Shown here: positions 12,048-24,194 of the stretch, one piece after another
Layout: every line of letters starts with the position of its first letter
Position numbering within the stretch: the stretch's first letter is position 1
Source of the DNA: Psammoneis japonica
Taxonomy: Eukaryota
Length of the DNA stretch: 64,000 bases
Direction: 5' to 3'
Assembly (NCBI GenBank): GCA_008632985.1
Contig: QPGO01000305.1
Coordinates: 1 to 64,000 of the forward strand
Position numbers and translations under genes: made by a program
Notes under the pieces: generated by a model
What the model saw: the letters and a program-made list of their open reading frames with translations, nothing else
The model's database searches: none
Told to the model about the DNA's origin: nothing

Positions 12048-12252
12048 GAACAAATCTTGATGCAATGAAAGGACAAGCACGACACCTTGAGTCCAAATGG
12101 AAAGTGGCGACACTGTCAATGCGAACCCAAACCTGATTAGATTGTGAGCGTGTCGCTGCAGCACCACTCGATCCATGTGTCTCAACCAACCACCAATTGC
12201 AACATGGCCCTCCATCCAGATTTGCAGCACCGATTCGTCTGAACATGTGACA
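12048..12252 (-). repeat. 3' LTR (truncated)
   Basis: Starts with TG right after the PPT TGAGAGGA and matches 19101-19278. Confidence 0.9.
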
Positions 12253-12367
12253 TCCTCTCACAGAGAGGCAAACCACAAGAACCCAAATTAAACCACCAGA
12301 CACACTGGCTTGGGAGGCGACGATGCATGGGCGCAAGCCACAGGCACCTGGCCTTGGTGTCGGGACA

Positions 12368-14110
12368 TTGCCAAAAAATGCACAAGCAAAGCTTCCATCA
12401 CCGCTCTCCTGCAACCACCTTTGCAAGTGGATCAGCCAAGTTTGTTTCCGTGTCCTCCTTGCCAACACAAACAATTCCCGCTGCGACCGCTTCTCACACA
12501 ACATGGTGGTTGATGGCATTGTGCTTCTTGTGCAAAACCGACTCAGGTGCACTTGCATTCTTTGCAACACCGCGATCATCACAAAAGATGCTTGCTGGTC
12601 CTTCAAGGGGAACCCCAAACATGCGAAGCTTGCAACGCAAGGCAACAATCAATTCCTTGCAAGTCCGCATGCAGCCAATTCACTTCCAAACATTGCTGAT
12701 TCCACCGCATTCTGCTGCTTGCTGAACCACACCACTGGCGCGTCATTGACGAATGTCAGAATCCCGCCATGCGACCTGCGAGTGACAACATTCCCTGCAT
12801 GGTTGGCGTCAACAAATGCACGGATGTTTGCCAGATCACCACGAGGCTTCGGTGCCCGTGGCGGCAGTTCCTCCTCGACATTCCCATAAAACTTGGTCCA
12901 GTCTGCATTCGAATTGAAAACAGATTCATCAATCACTGGTTCCTTTGGATCAAATCCGATGCGTCTGACGTTCTGGTGTTTCTTCACATGCGCAAATGCA
13001 CGGTGCAATGCCTCAAGATGTCCTTTCCTCGGATTGGCTTGACATTGAGGCAGGATTGAAACCTCATGCAAGACATCGATGTGACCCAACTCGATCGCCC
13101 AACGACAAATCCCTGTCAGCTGCAAATGCCTGTCCACCAAGCGGGGCCTAACTCGTCCATCACGTCCAGTTCCGGTTTGCATTTTGGGGGCAGTGGATCC
13201 TTTGCACTGTTCTTCAGAACCTCTCGTTGCCATCTTTATCCAACAGGCCTTCCACAGTCTCAATTGCCAATTTGACACATGACCTCGGTGAACTCGCCCA
13301 GATTGTGCACCCATCCTGAGTCTGAACCTTCTCAACATCAGCTCCAAGACAAACTTCTGGCTCTCCTTCGCTGCCGGGCTTCACGGTGTGGTGTTCACCT
13401 GCTGCAGCAACAATGGACTTCCCTTGATGGGAAATGATTGGCACATCATCGACATGAACCAAAAGCATTTCATGACACTCGTGCCCATCCTCACAAGTCA
13501 CCGCACGCAAGCAGACATCATCTGGGTCCGCTCTCGTTGATTTGAAGCCTGAGTCACGTAAGACCGATGACAGTGCAGACCTCCAAGAGTGTCCCGACCT
13601 CTTCAAGCCACACAATGCCCGAGCAACAACAAGTGCCTTTCCTTCACACTCGCCGCATTCCTTTCCGCCTTCAAACCACATCTTTTCTGTGCACGGTGCA
13701 TTGAGACAAGCATTCTCCAGATCAATTGCCGCAATGTCGACACCATTCAAGGCTGCTGACAAGAATCCAAGTCGCACACTTTCTCTGGAAACCACGCCAG
13801 AGCAAGTGATCGATGCCGGGGCCTCTGTCGTGTGTCCGCCAGCTACAAACCTTGCCTTTCTGGTGAAATCCATTTCAATGTTGAACACCATGTGGCACCT
13901 GATCTCCTGACAACCACGCAAAGTTGTGCTCTTGCCTTCCCGGATGACTTGAGGGGTTTCAGCTTGTGCTCGCGCCATGCCACCTTCACCTTTGCCATCT
14001 CCTCATTGATTGCACGAGCCCAACAATCTGTCCCCGTTTCCTGATCAATCCGCAAAGCATCCTCCGTGGACTTGGGTGATCAGATCCCAAACTTGTGAGT
14101 CGTGCGCCAG
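12368..14110 (-). pseudogene. Copia reverse transcriptase plus RNase H
   Basis: FTRKARFVAGGH, VVSRESVR, DLENACLNAPC, ARALCGLKRSG, LLVHVDD (13445-13456), FVDANHAGNVVTRRSH. Multiple frameshifts. Probable ex-stop CAA at 12368-12370. Confidence 0.95.
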
Positions 14111-16170
14111 TGCTTCTTCTTGACCTTGGATGCAATGCGATTCCGTTTGCGTGGGACATGTGTGGCCCACCAAGCAAAAGCAGGTTCCTCCGTCAACCTG
14201 TTTGCAACAGCATGCTCAGCAACTTCAATGGGGTTAGAGTCCTTTGGATCTTTGAGTTTGACCCAAGATGAGCTGCCATCCTTCCATCCAACCAATGACT
14301 TCCATCCTTTTGTTGTGATCGTCTTCTTCTCCTTCCCGTCAGCGGTTTGTGCGGTGCCATCAGCAATCGACACCGCATCGTCACTCCTCTCGTGGTCCTG
14401 CATCTCGTGCAAGATGGTGCGCTGGTTGCCCTCGCTGTCGACCTGAGCAAACATGTTCTCGGCAATGACATTGGCTGCACGCTCATCTGTGGTTCCGTCG
14501 GCACACTCCACTTCGCATTCGCGAGTGTCAAACAATGGGTTTTGATGCCAAGTCCCAATTGGACGCCCATCCTGTCCTCTTGCACGTTTCGTTACAACAC
14601 CACGTCGCTCGCTGTCGGTTCTGATGTCAAACACAAGTTCCATTCCCAGGTGTTGATCGATTGCCTGCTCGTCATCGTCGTCTGGTGCTCGCCGGGTGAC
14701 AGCATGTTGCCATGTTCCTCATCCTCTGGCGTGATGCCGCCCTCATGTTCCACACCGAGGTTGCCGTCAATTGCAAGATGTCCAACACGAATGCGGGTGC
14801 AGCTTCATCGCCCTTTAAGACAAAGTCAGTGTCGTCCAATCGCTTCTCCAGCTGCTCATTAAAGTTGTCGACCTCAACGCGAACATCCGGTTGCACCACA
14901 TCAGCCTGTGTCACGTGCTTGACCGATGTTTTGGAGACAATCTTCCCACTTTCCGCAATGATCCAACAGCACATGTCCGAGCCAACTTTGTGTGAGACAC
15001 CAAGCCACCGTCCAAGCCTTCGAGGATCGTCAGTTGCACTCAGCTTGTTGGGCCTGTCCCACCACCACACCACATCGTAGAAACCAAAATCCAAATGCTT
15101 GCCTGTCGATGCATTCCAGACGCAGGTGGGAATCCGTGTGACATTGGGCCCGCAGACTTCTGCGTGCGAACTCCGCAGTGAAATTGTGCAGCAATTAAAA
15201 TGTCAATGATCGCCAACAGAAAATGAGGCAATTTTGCGAACGCACAAACTCGCACATGATTGAAGTGCATCATTTTTTACTCAGCCAGTTGCATTCTTCA
15301 GACATTGAAGAATGCAACTGGCACACTGTTGTTTCTGCATGTTTGTTGTACAAAACGTCTGGGGCTTCACAAAACAGCGAGTCTGGACAATGTTTTTTAA
15401 ATGTCACATGTGGAAATCTGCGTGCGAAACATGCAACGGATGACAAAAATCATTGTTGTCACACGTCAGCACTGCGAGCTCCCACCCAGGGCTGGAACGC
15501 GTCTGTCTCTGGTGTCTGCCCAGTGACCTCTTCATGTCCAGTCCTCTTGTCCCTGCCTCTGGCCATGCGCGACACTAATTCCGACTTGCAAACAAGACCA
15601 AAATCCCATGACCGCTTTGGCACCTTCTTCTTCGTCATCCGCAGCCGCCAACGTTTGGCTGAGAAACCAATTTTGCACTCCGCTGCCTGGTTCTGGCTCT
15701 TCCAACCCTGCTCTGATGTTCTCAATTGCACTCTCACACGTCGTGCGTGTCTCACAAATTCGGCGCTCCTTCCAGTGAACTCTCCTGCCCCGCCCGACAT
15801 GGGACATTCTGGTGCACCCACGTCGTCTGTGAATTCAACAAGAGACAAACCTGCCTCCGACCTGGCAGTCATCGGCACAACCTTCACGAATTTGCCCTGA
15901 GCACAGACATTGGCACACGTGTCACTGAGCAAAGACTTCACCTTGGACATCAAAGTGTCCACAAACCATGTTCCTTTCAGACGCTTCCGATGCAAGTCAA
16001 GATGATCCACCCTCACTCTTCGTGACATCGGCTGGGTCGCCGTTCACACGCCATGCTGAGTTGTTGCATTGAGAGCATCTTTTGCCGTTTCTAAACCGAC
16101 ACTCCATTTTCGGGCCAGCTCTTCAGCGTCAACCTTCGAGTGCCGATCCTTGCTGTGTAAATCTTTGACT
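14111..16170 (-). pseudogene. Copia integrase and INT-RT linker, interrupted by a MITE
   Basis: ELARKWSVGLETAK..TTQHGV, WFVDTL, QNQAAE, EEVTGQTPE|LDFGFYDVVWWWD, LGRWLGVSHKVGSDMC, TTKGWK.LVGWKDGSSSW. Confidence 0.9.
15108..15503. mobile_element. ~396-bp TIR MITE inserted in Copia integrase
   Basis: Termini GATGCATTCCAG../..CTGGAACGCGTC. TSD TGTC at 15104-15107 and 15504-15507. Removing it restores the frame TPETGKHLDFGFYD. Confidence 0.9.
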
Positions 16171-16399
16171 GCCCTCTGCCTCTTGTCCACGTCATCGCGA
16201 CATGTGCAAGCCACGTTCACTGACCTGATGAGCCTGTGGCAAAACGATTGAAGTTGATGGATGGGAGACACAGACGACAGTTGCATTTCGACCTCGCCCC
16301 AGCGTGCTGCTTGGGACTTTGCCTTCTCGCTCCTCAATTCCGAGACCTGTTCTTGTCGCATGCCAGAGGTCAATGATCGAATGGCGAGCATCTCCGCCT

Positions 16400-16900
16400 G
16401 CTCTCTAGTGCGCTCTGGCAAGCCCATGTCCATCTGTGCTGGATCCCATGCATCACCTGTCAACAGCATGACCAGCAAGTTCTGTGCTTCCCAATCCGTC
16501 AGAACACGAGACTTGAAAGACACAATTGTCCCCGTGGTGTTGAAAGGGATGAAAGCTTCGTCAGCTTCAGTGCCAAATCCGTTTCGGGTGTCGCAAGGGT
16601 TGTCGTGTGCGGGTGTGTTGTGTGCATGGAGTTGGTTGGGATTCAAAAGTGAGTGTTCCATGTCGGTCCCAAACCAGAGCATTTGATCACCAACCAGCAA
16701 ATGTTCACGAGTCGTTTCCGGATCTGTCCATGCGGTGCAACAATGTGCCACAGGAATCTGTTTGATCGGCTCACAAGAGTCCAGAAATGGATGTACCTCG
16801 CACACTTCATTTGTCATCTCCATGAGCTTCCAGTTCACTTCAGCGCAACAAGTGTCCGCATGAGCATCACATTCATTTCGAGCGACAAACCCAGGCATCG
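16400..16900 (-). pseudogene. Copia aspartic protease region
   Basis: ARNECDAHADTCCAEVNW..LWFG..HSLLNPNQL, the CoDi-type D-x-HADT motif. Confidence 0.85.
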
Positions 16901-17099
16901 TCAAATTTGTCATCTGTGCAGAACTCGTCGATCGGATCACACGTTTTGATGTCACGGCAATGTGCCTCTTTGTTGCCTTTCCTTTGAAACGAGACATTGG
17001 GTGGGGTTCAGTCAACAGCAAGAAGAGTGGCACAAGCAAAAACGACAAGTGTGCCAAATGCGCCAACACTCCAGCAGCTGTTGCCACCCCAAGGAGTCA

Positions 17100-18638
17100 G
17101 GTGGAACCATTGCAGGCTCCCCAACCGAAGGTGCGTCCATTGCATCCACCGCGATCCCGGTCAGCGCCGCGACCACGCCCGCTGCTCCTTTGCTCCTGAT
17201 CCTGTTGTTGGGTTTGGCCTTGGCCATCTTGACAGACTTGGGCTTCAGCCACATGCCTGCCACCCCCATTGCGTCCTTGTCGACCTGCGGGAGACCCACG
17301 GCCACCACCGCGTCCATGACCCATTCGTTCGCAAGCTTGGAACACGCAGCTCATGCCTCCATTGTGCTGTGACTTTTCCCATTCTTGAGCGCTAAAGCTC
17401 CTTGTGGGGTCGGATGCATCGACTCCATTGATCATCGTAGTGTGGTCGCCACCTCTGCCTTCACGGCCACCACCACGTCCGCGTCCACCCCCACGTCCAA
17501 ATCTTCCTCCACGACGCGACCTCGATAAAAACCGCGGCCACCGCCGCCACCACGGCTCATTTCAGAAATCTTGCGCTTCGAGCAATGCCGGGCTTCCAAC
17601 TGAGCACCTGCATGCAAACGAGAGACTTCGGATGAGAAATGAGCACATGCCCCCGCGAAGTCATGAGGGTGCTGACTGCTGATGACAGCCGTTGCTGCAA
17701 TGAGACGAGTGTCATCCGTTCGGATCCCTTTCAGAAGAATGTCAACTTTCTGTCATTCAGATTTGCGGTCATCTGGTGATTTGTTCAAAGCAGTGAAAGC
17801 ACTGGCAAGTTTCTCATTGAACTTTTCGAATGGGAGCGATCCTTCCTTTTTATGAAACAAGGTTTCAACAGTTGCCGCCGCCAGATGGATGCGCTTGCTC
17901 AACTCGCCCTGTCCATTGCAATGGTCAACCCATGCATTGAATGCTCCATGTCCATCTTCTGTCGCGCCAAACGGTTCGATCCATGCCCATCCTGCCATGT
18001 CGACCAAGTGTTCCTTCAACACACGGCAAACGCTGCGGTTGTCCTCGTCACATGCGGCGCCATTCAATGGCATCTGGTGCGTGCGCTGTTGTTGAGCATC
18101 CGTGAATGCAGCCGGAGCTGGCATTGTCCTTACGACATGGCAAAGGGGTTCTTTCAACACGCCAAATTTCTGTGCCAAGAGATTCAGGAAAGCATCTTTG
18201 CACACATCGAAGTCATCGGGCTCAAACTTTACGAGACCGCTTGCCAACACGTCCGAATCCGTGCGCTCCTTTTCAACACGCCTGCCATTCCGGGCCGCAG
18301 CCACAGCTGCCACATTGAAGTCTGCCGCAACCAATGGCTGATTCCATTTGAGCAAATCCTGGCACCACCATGCATCACCTGTGAGTTCTTGATCTGAATG
18401 GTCCCAAGAGCCACACGTCCGTCGGCCACCGTGCGACAAGATGCCCTCTGCGCCATGTCTTCCACATCGTGGTCACTCTCCATCACTGTGATGTTTTCCA
18501 AAGTCGCAACCCTTTGTGGAAGACCAACCTCGCCCTTGCGTTCTGGTCAGCAACACCACAAACTTGCAAAACTGCATCAATGTCAGCTGCCGCGGCCAAC
18601 GCCGCAAGTGCTGCTGCTGGTGCTGCCGCTGCTGCCAT
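17100..18638 (-). pseudogene. Copia gag
   Basis: Start MAAAAAPAAA (ATG at 18638). FLNLLAQKFGVLKEPL, DNRSVCRVLK, HCNGQGELSKR, then an RGG-rich segment. Confidence 0.8.
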
Positions 18639-19100
18639 CCTGCAACAGAGAAAGGGCACAAAGGTCCTGCACCGGGAACATGTGGCTGTGAGTCTGCATG
18701 GTCATGATGGCTGCACTTTCTCTGTGTTGTGATGACAGGGTTCAAAAAGCCACCTGACGTCAGGGTGATCAGTCCTGTGTCGTTCATGTCAACCGACATT
18801 GTTGAGCACATGCTCGGGCATGTCGCCCAATGCCGCAGTCCCTTCACACCCGCTGCGTGTGTGAGGACAGTGACCATCTTTGCGAGCATTGCCGTTGCAA
18901 GCTGTTTTTGTGGACATCACAACAAGCAACACGAGATGCATCATCGTGCGCATCAACCCGAATTCTGACGCATCACGTGCAGTTCAGCGCCGTTTCTGCA
19001 GCTGCACATTCCATGCAAACAACACAACAAACAATCGTCCATGACAAGTTGCACTCGAAACCATTTTGCTCTGTCTTTTTCGTCTTGGCTCTGACAAAGT

Positions 19101-19278
19101 GAACAAATCTCGATGCAATGAAAGGACAAGAACGACACCTTGAGTCCAAATGGAAAGTGGCAACACTGTCAATGCGAGCCCAAACCTGATTAGATTGTGA
19201 GAGTGTTGCTGCAGCACCACTCGATCCATGTGTCTCAACCAATCACCAATTGCAACATGGCCCTCCATCCAGATTTGC
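19101..19278 (-). repeat. 5' LTR segment matching the 3' LTR (probably extends toward ~18900)
   Basis: Direct repeat of 12048-12225. Confidence 0.85.
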
Positions 19279-19282
19279 TCGA

Positions 19283-21035
19283 AGCATGTTGTTTCAAAAA
19301 AAAACAAACATGTCTTTTCAAGGAAAACAAACATGTCGTTTCAAGAAAAACAAACATGTTGTTTCAAGGAAAACAAACATGTCGTTTCAAGGAAAACAAA
19401 CATGTTTTTTCAAGGAAAACAAACACGTCGTTTCAAGAAAAACAAACACATCATTTCAAGGAAAACAAACGTGTTGTTTCCAGGAAAACAAACATGTGTT
19501 TTTAAAGAAAACAAACATGTCTTTTCAAGGAAAACAAAGGTGTCATTTCAAGGAAAACAAACATGTCCTTTTGAGGAAAACAAACAGCGCTCACTCATTT
19601 TGAAGAAAAACAAACATGTTGTTTCCAGGAAAACAAACATGTGTTTTCAAGGAAAACAAACATGTCTTTTCAAGGAAAACAAAGGTGTCTTTTCAAGGAA
19701 AACAAACATGTCCTTTTGAGGAAAACAAACAGCGTTCACTCATTTTGAGGAAAAACAAACATGTCTTTTCAAGAAAAACAAACATGTCTTTTCAAAGAAA
19801 ACAAACATGTCTTTTCAAAGAAAACAAACATGTCTTTTCAAAGAAAACAAACATGTCGTTTCAAGGAAAACAAACATGTCTTTTCATGGAAAACAAATGT
19901 GTCGTTTCAAGGAAAACAAACATGTCTTTTCATGGAAAACAAATGTGTTGTTTCAAGGAAAACAAACATTTCTTTTCAAGGAAAACAAACATGTCTTTTC
20001 AAAGAAAACAAACATGTCTTTTCAAGGAAAACAAAAATGTCTTTTCAAGGAAAACAAACATGTTGTTTCAAGGAAAACAAACATGTCGTTTCAAGGAAAA
20101 CAAACATGTCGTTTCAAGGAAAACAAACATGTCATTTCAAAGAAAACAAACATGTCTTTTCAAGTGAAACAAACGTGTTGTTTCAAAGAAAACAAACATG
20201 TCTTTTCAAGGAAGGAAAACAAACATGTTGTTTCAAGGAAAACAAGTGCGTCTTTTTGACAAAAACAAACATGTCTTTTCAAGAAAAACAAACAACTCGG
20301 AGCACGCCAACAAAGCCTTGATGACAGTTGGCCGTTTTGGCACTCAACTCAGGCAAGCCGTGGAAAAACAAACAGCATTCACTCATTTTGAAGAAAAACA
20401 AACATGTTGTTTCCAGGAAAACAAACATGTCTTTTCAAGGAAAACAAACATGTCTTTTCAAGGAAAACAAAGGTGTCTTTTCAAGGAAAACAAACATGTC
20501 CTTTTGAGGAAAACAAACAGCGTTCACTCATTTTGAAGAAAAACAAACATGTCTTTTCAAGAAAAACAAACATGTCTTTTCAAAGAAAACAAACATGTCT
20601 TTTCAAAGAAAACAAACATGTCATTTCAAGGAAAACAAACATGTCTTTTCATGGAAAACAAATGTGTTGTTTCAAGGAAAACAAACATGTCTTTTCATGG
20701 AAAACAAATGTGTTGTTTCAAGGAAAACAAACATGTCTTTTCAAGGAAAACAAACATGTCTTTTCAAGGAAAACAAACATGTTGTTTCAAGGAAAACAAA
20801 CATGTCGTTTCAAGGAAAACAAACATGTCTTTTCAAGGAAAACAAACATTTCATTTCAAAGAAAACAAACAAGTCTTTTCAAGGAAAACAAACATGTCTT
20901 TTCAAGTGAAACAAACGTGTTGTTTCAAAGAAAACAAACATGTCTTTTCAAGGAAGGAAAACAAACATGTTGTTTCAAGGAAAACAAGTGCGTCTTTTTG
21001 ACAAAAACAAACATGTCTTTTCAAGAAAAACAAAC
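19283..21035 (+). repeat. 23-bp satellite array with internal ~740-bp duplication
   Basis: Tandem monomers. The block ending ..AACTCGGAGCACGCCAACAAAGCC occurs at ~20295 and ~21037. Confidence 0.95.
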
Positions 21036-23110
21036 AACTCGGAGCACGCCAACAAAGCCTTGATGACAGTTGGCCGTTTTGGCACTCAACTCAGGCAAGC
21101 CGTTCAGCTCAGGCCTGTGCCGCGGTCTCAAGGGGGTTGGCGCCTTTGTCGGAAGACGCCTTTCAGCTTTCTTGAGCTCCAGCTCAACATCAGTCAATTC
21201 CCACTTGACAAAAGGTCAGAGGACATGGCCCAGCGTGCCTTGCTTTCCAAGTCAGACAACTGGCACTTTCTGATCTGGGCGCCCAATTGCTCCTCCAGCT
21301 CGCAGACACTTCTGTCCTTGAGCGTGCACCCAGAGCTCATGCAACCCATGATCTTGACGTTGCTGACCCCTGCCTGGGTCGTCACTCGGAGGGTGTTCTT
21401 GGCGGCTGTCAGGCCAATGTCCCACCTCTTGGAGAGCATCTTGGGCGTGACAGTCGATGCACAACTCAAGGTTGACAGTGCATGCACCTGTCTCTGCTCA
21501 GCACAATCCAGGTGGACGCACAGATTGTGCCGGTCATGTGGCCCGTCTCCCCCAATGTGGTTGTGAGAGACACTCACCTGAGCAACCAAGCAGCGGTGCA
21601 GAGAATCGTCATCATTTGCATCCACAATGATGCTCTCATTTTGATGGGACGTCTGACACAAATGAGTTGAAGTGACACACCTGTTCGCACTCATCATTGA
21701 TGCATTCCAGGTCTGGGTGGGACCTTGCACTGCTGAGCTGTGACATTGACAGTTTTTTGAATCACGTCGCATGTCGTGCACACAGATTTCTGTGTGATTT
21801 TGGCGAAATTTTGCATCATTTTATGGCGCAAATGTCAGGCGATCCATTCAGCAACTTTCAATGTTTTTTTCTTCTGCGCCATTCTTGAGTGTCTTAAGAA
21901 TGGCGCAGGGCAGGTGTGTCATCCAAAACTTCGAGTGCGAACAGAGACACATGCACTGCAAACTTGGCCGTTTGTTTTGTGTCGAAGACAAATGTGTCCA
22001 TTGACCAGAGTACGAACTGCAGAGCTCGCACGCAGAATTCCACGGGGCAAATGTCACAAAAAGTCCCACCTGGGGCTGGAACCCGTCCATTGTCAACTGT
22101 CCATCAGACTTTGCTGGTCCTTTGTGCACACTGGCACATGCATGCTCTTCCTCCTTTTGTGCCGCGGCATCAGCAGAAGGTTCCCATCCAAGGGGTGATG
22201 TGAGCTCCAGCCGGGGGAGGTTCTCCAGATGTCCTCCTGAGTTGGCTCATGTGAGTCAAAGACCACAGCAACACCTTGCGCGTGCAAAGGCATCCTGATT
22301 TTCGAGTCAGGGAAAACAACAGAGTGCGCTGTTGGGACGAAACTGGCGAGGGGTGTTGTGGACAGTCAGCTTGCTCGCTCGCAGTTGTTTGGGGCACAGC
22401 AGGGTGTCAGTCATTCTGTCCCTGAAAAACACAGCCTCATGGACTGGCAGCAGGTGTGGCTGTCCATTGGTTGGATCAACCCACATGGCAGCAGCCGCAC
22501 AAATGAGAGCGCTCCTCATTGGCGCACACTCTTGGAGCAAGGATGCACTGCGACAGCGCAGTCAACATCAGAGCACATGACAAATTTGGGCCCAACAGTG
22601 CGCGCATCAGCGTGCGAGTCCAAGCCATTGGTTGCTTCACCATGTGGATGTCCAGCAGATGACAAAGAGACACACGTGTTCTTTAGGAATCACCTGGATA
22701 AATGCACAGTGCCAGCAGGTGCAGCAACAGTTGGCTCCATGCCCTTTGGTGCTGGCACAACTGTTCGTTCCTCCTTCTGAGGTTTCTCGTGGGCGCTGCA
22801 CCCAAACTGCATGCCTGTGTTGGCAGCAGGTGGCTCATCTGACTCTTTGGAGTCCTTTTGTTCATCAGCAGGTTAAGGCTCAGCAACAGCCGCCCTTTTC
22901 ACAGCGTGAGTGTCGGCATTGACCGACTCAGCCTCCAAGGATGCAGCTGCTGCTTTGCATTTTTTCCCAGCTTTCTTGGCCTCATGGAGCTTCTCAATTT
23001 GCTTTTGCTCAGGACCGTCAGGAGCCCTCCACTCTTCAATGGGGCAACGGCATGCCCGGATCCTGGGCTTGTCCTTTTCAGGTTGGTGCTTGCCACCAGA
23101 GTTTCCATGC
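21036..23110 (-). mobile_element. Internally deleted Copia family B copy (gag end, PR, INT start, RT piece)
   Basis: 21360-23040 mirrors ~48135-49410. 21036-21355 encodes RT: LGAQIRKCQL..WAMSSD..ELELKKAERRLPTKAPTPL..RPELNGLPELSAKTANCHQGFVGVLR. Confidence 0.88.
21699..22087. mobile_element. ~389-bp TIR MITE
   Basis: Termini GATGCATTCCAG../..CTGGAACCCGTC. TSD CATT at 21695-21698 and 22088-22091. The empty site is visible near 49070-49080. Confidence 0.9.
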
Positions 23111-23117
23111 CGGTTGT

Positions 23118-24070
23118 TGCAAGGAAAACAAACGTGTCATTTTAAGGAAAACAGACATGTCTTTTCAAGGAAAACAAACGTGTTGTTTCAAGGAAAACAA
23201 ACACGCCGTTTCAAGGAAAACAAACATGTCTTTTCAAGGAAAACAAACACTTCATTTCAAGGAAAACAAACATGTTGTTTCAAGAAAAACAAACGTGTCT
23301 TTTCAAGGAAAACAAACATGTCATTTAAAGGAAAACAAACATGTCGTTTAAAAAAAAAAGTTTGAAAACAAACATGTTGTTTCCAAGAAAACAAACATGT
23401 GTTTTTAAGGAAAAAAACATGTCTTGAAAACAAACATGTCTTTTCAAGGAAAACAAAGGAGTCTTTTCAAGGAAAACAAACATGTCCTTTTGAGGAAAAC
23501 AAACAGCATTCACTCATTTTCAAGAAAAACAAACATGTCTTTTCAAGAAAAACAAACATGTCTTTTCAAGGAAAACAAACATGTCTTTTCAAAGAGAACA
23601 AACATGTTGTTTCAAGGAAAGAAAACATGCAAGTTCTTTCAAGGAAAACAAACATGTCGTTTCAAGGAAAACAAACAAGTGTTTCAACCAAAACAAACAC
23701 GTCGTTTCAAGGAAAGCCAACGCATCATTTCAAGGAAAACAAACATGTTGTTTCAATGAAGACAAACATGTTGTTTCAAGAAAACCAAACATGTTTTTTT
23801 TGAGAAAAACAAACATGTCTTTTCAAGGAAAACAAACATGTCATTTTTCAGAAAACAGACATGTCTTTTCAAGGAAAACAAACATGTCGTTTCAAGGAAA
23901 ACAAACGTGTCTTTTAAGGAAAACAAACACTTCATTTCAACGAAAACAAACACGTTGTTTTGACAAAAACAAGCGCGTTGTTTGACAAAAAAAAAGCGTT
24001 GTTTCAAGGAAAACAAACATGTTCTTTCAAGGAAAACAAGCATGTAAAACAAACATGCAAAAAAGAAAAC
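23118..24070 (+). repeat. 23-bp satellite array
   Basis: Tandem monomers. Confidence 0.95.
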
Positions 24071-24194
24071 AGAGAGCATCTGTTGGCAGCACTGCCAGCG
24101 AACCATGTTGTTCACAAACACACGCCTCTGGCACAAAGAGCACATTTCCACAATGCTGTGTTGCTGAGATTGGTGCCATGTTGTGCTTGCAGCC

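Larger units (their letters stand above)
12048..19278 (-). mobile_element. Near full-length degenerate Ty1/Copia (CoDi-like, family A) LTR retrotransposon
   Basis: Order gag-PR-INT-RT-RH. LTR segments 12048-12225 and 19101-19278 match (about 7 differences in 178 bp). PPT at 12253-12260. Both outer ends are replaced by satellite. Confidence 0.95.

Noticed and set aside
18639..18660. Possible splice acceptor (TTTCTCTGTTGCAG) just before the gag ATG on the - strand
   Set aside because: No convincing donor found, so it may be chance.
18860..18960. Primer-binding site and 5' LTR end of the Copia
   Set aside because: No tRNA-complementary sequence could be identified with confidence after mutation.
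19283..21035. CRISPR-like appearance of 23-bp repeats
   Set aside because: Monomers are head-to-tail without unique spacers, there are no cas genes, and the context is eukaryotic.
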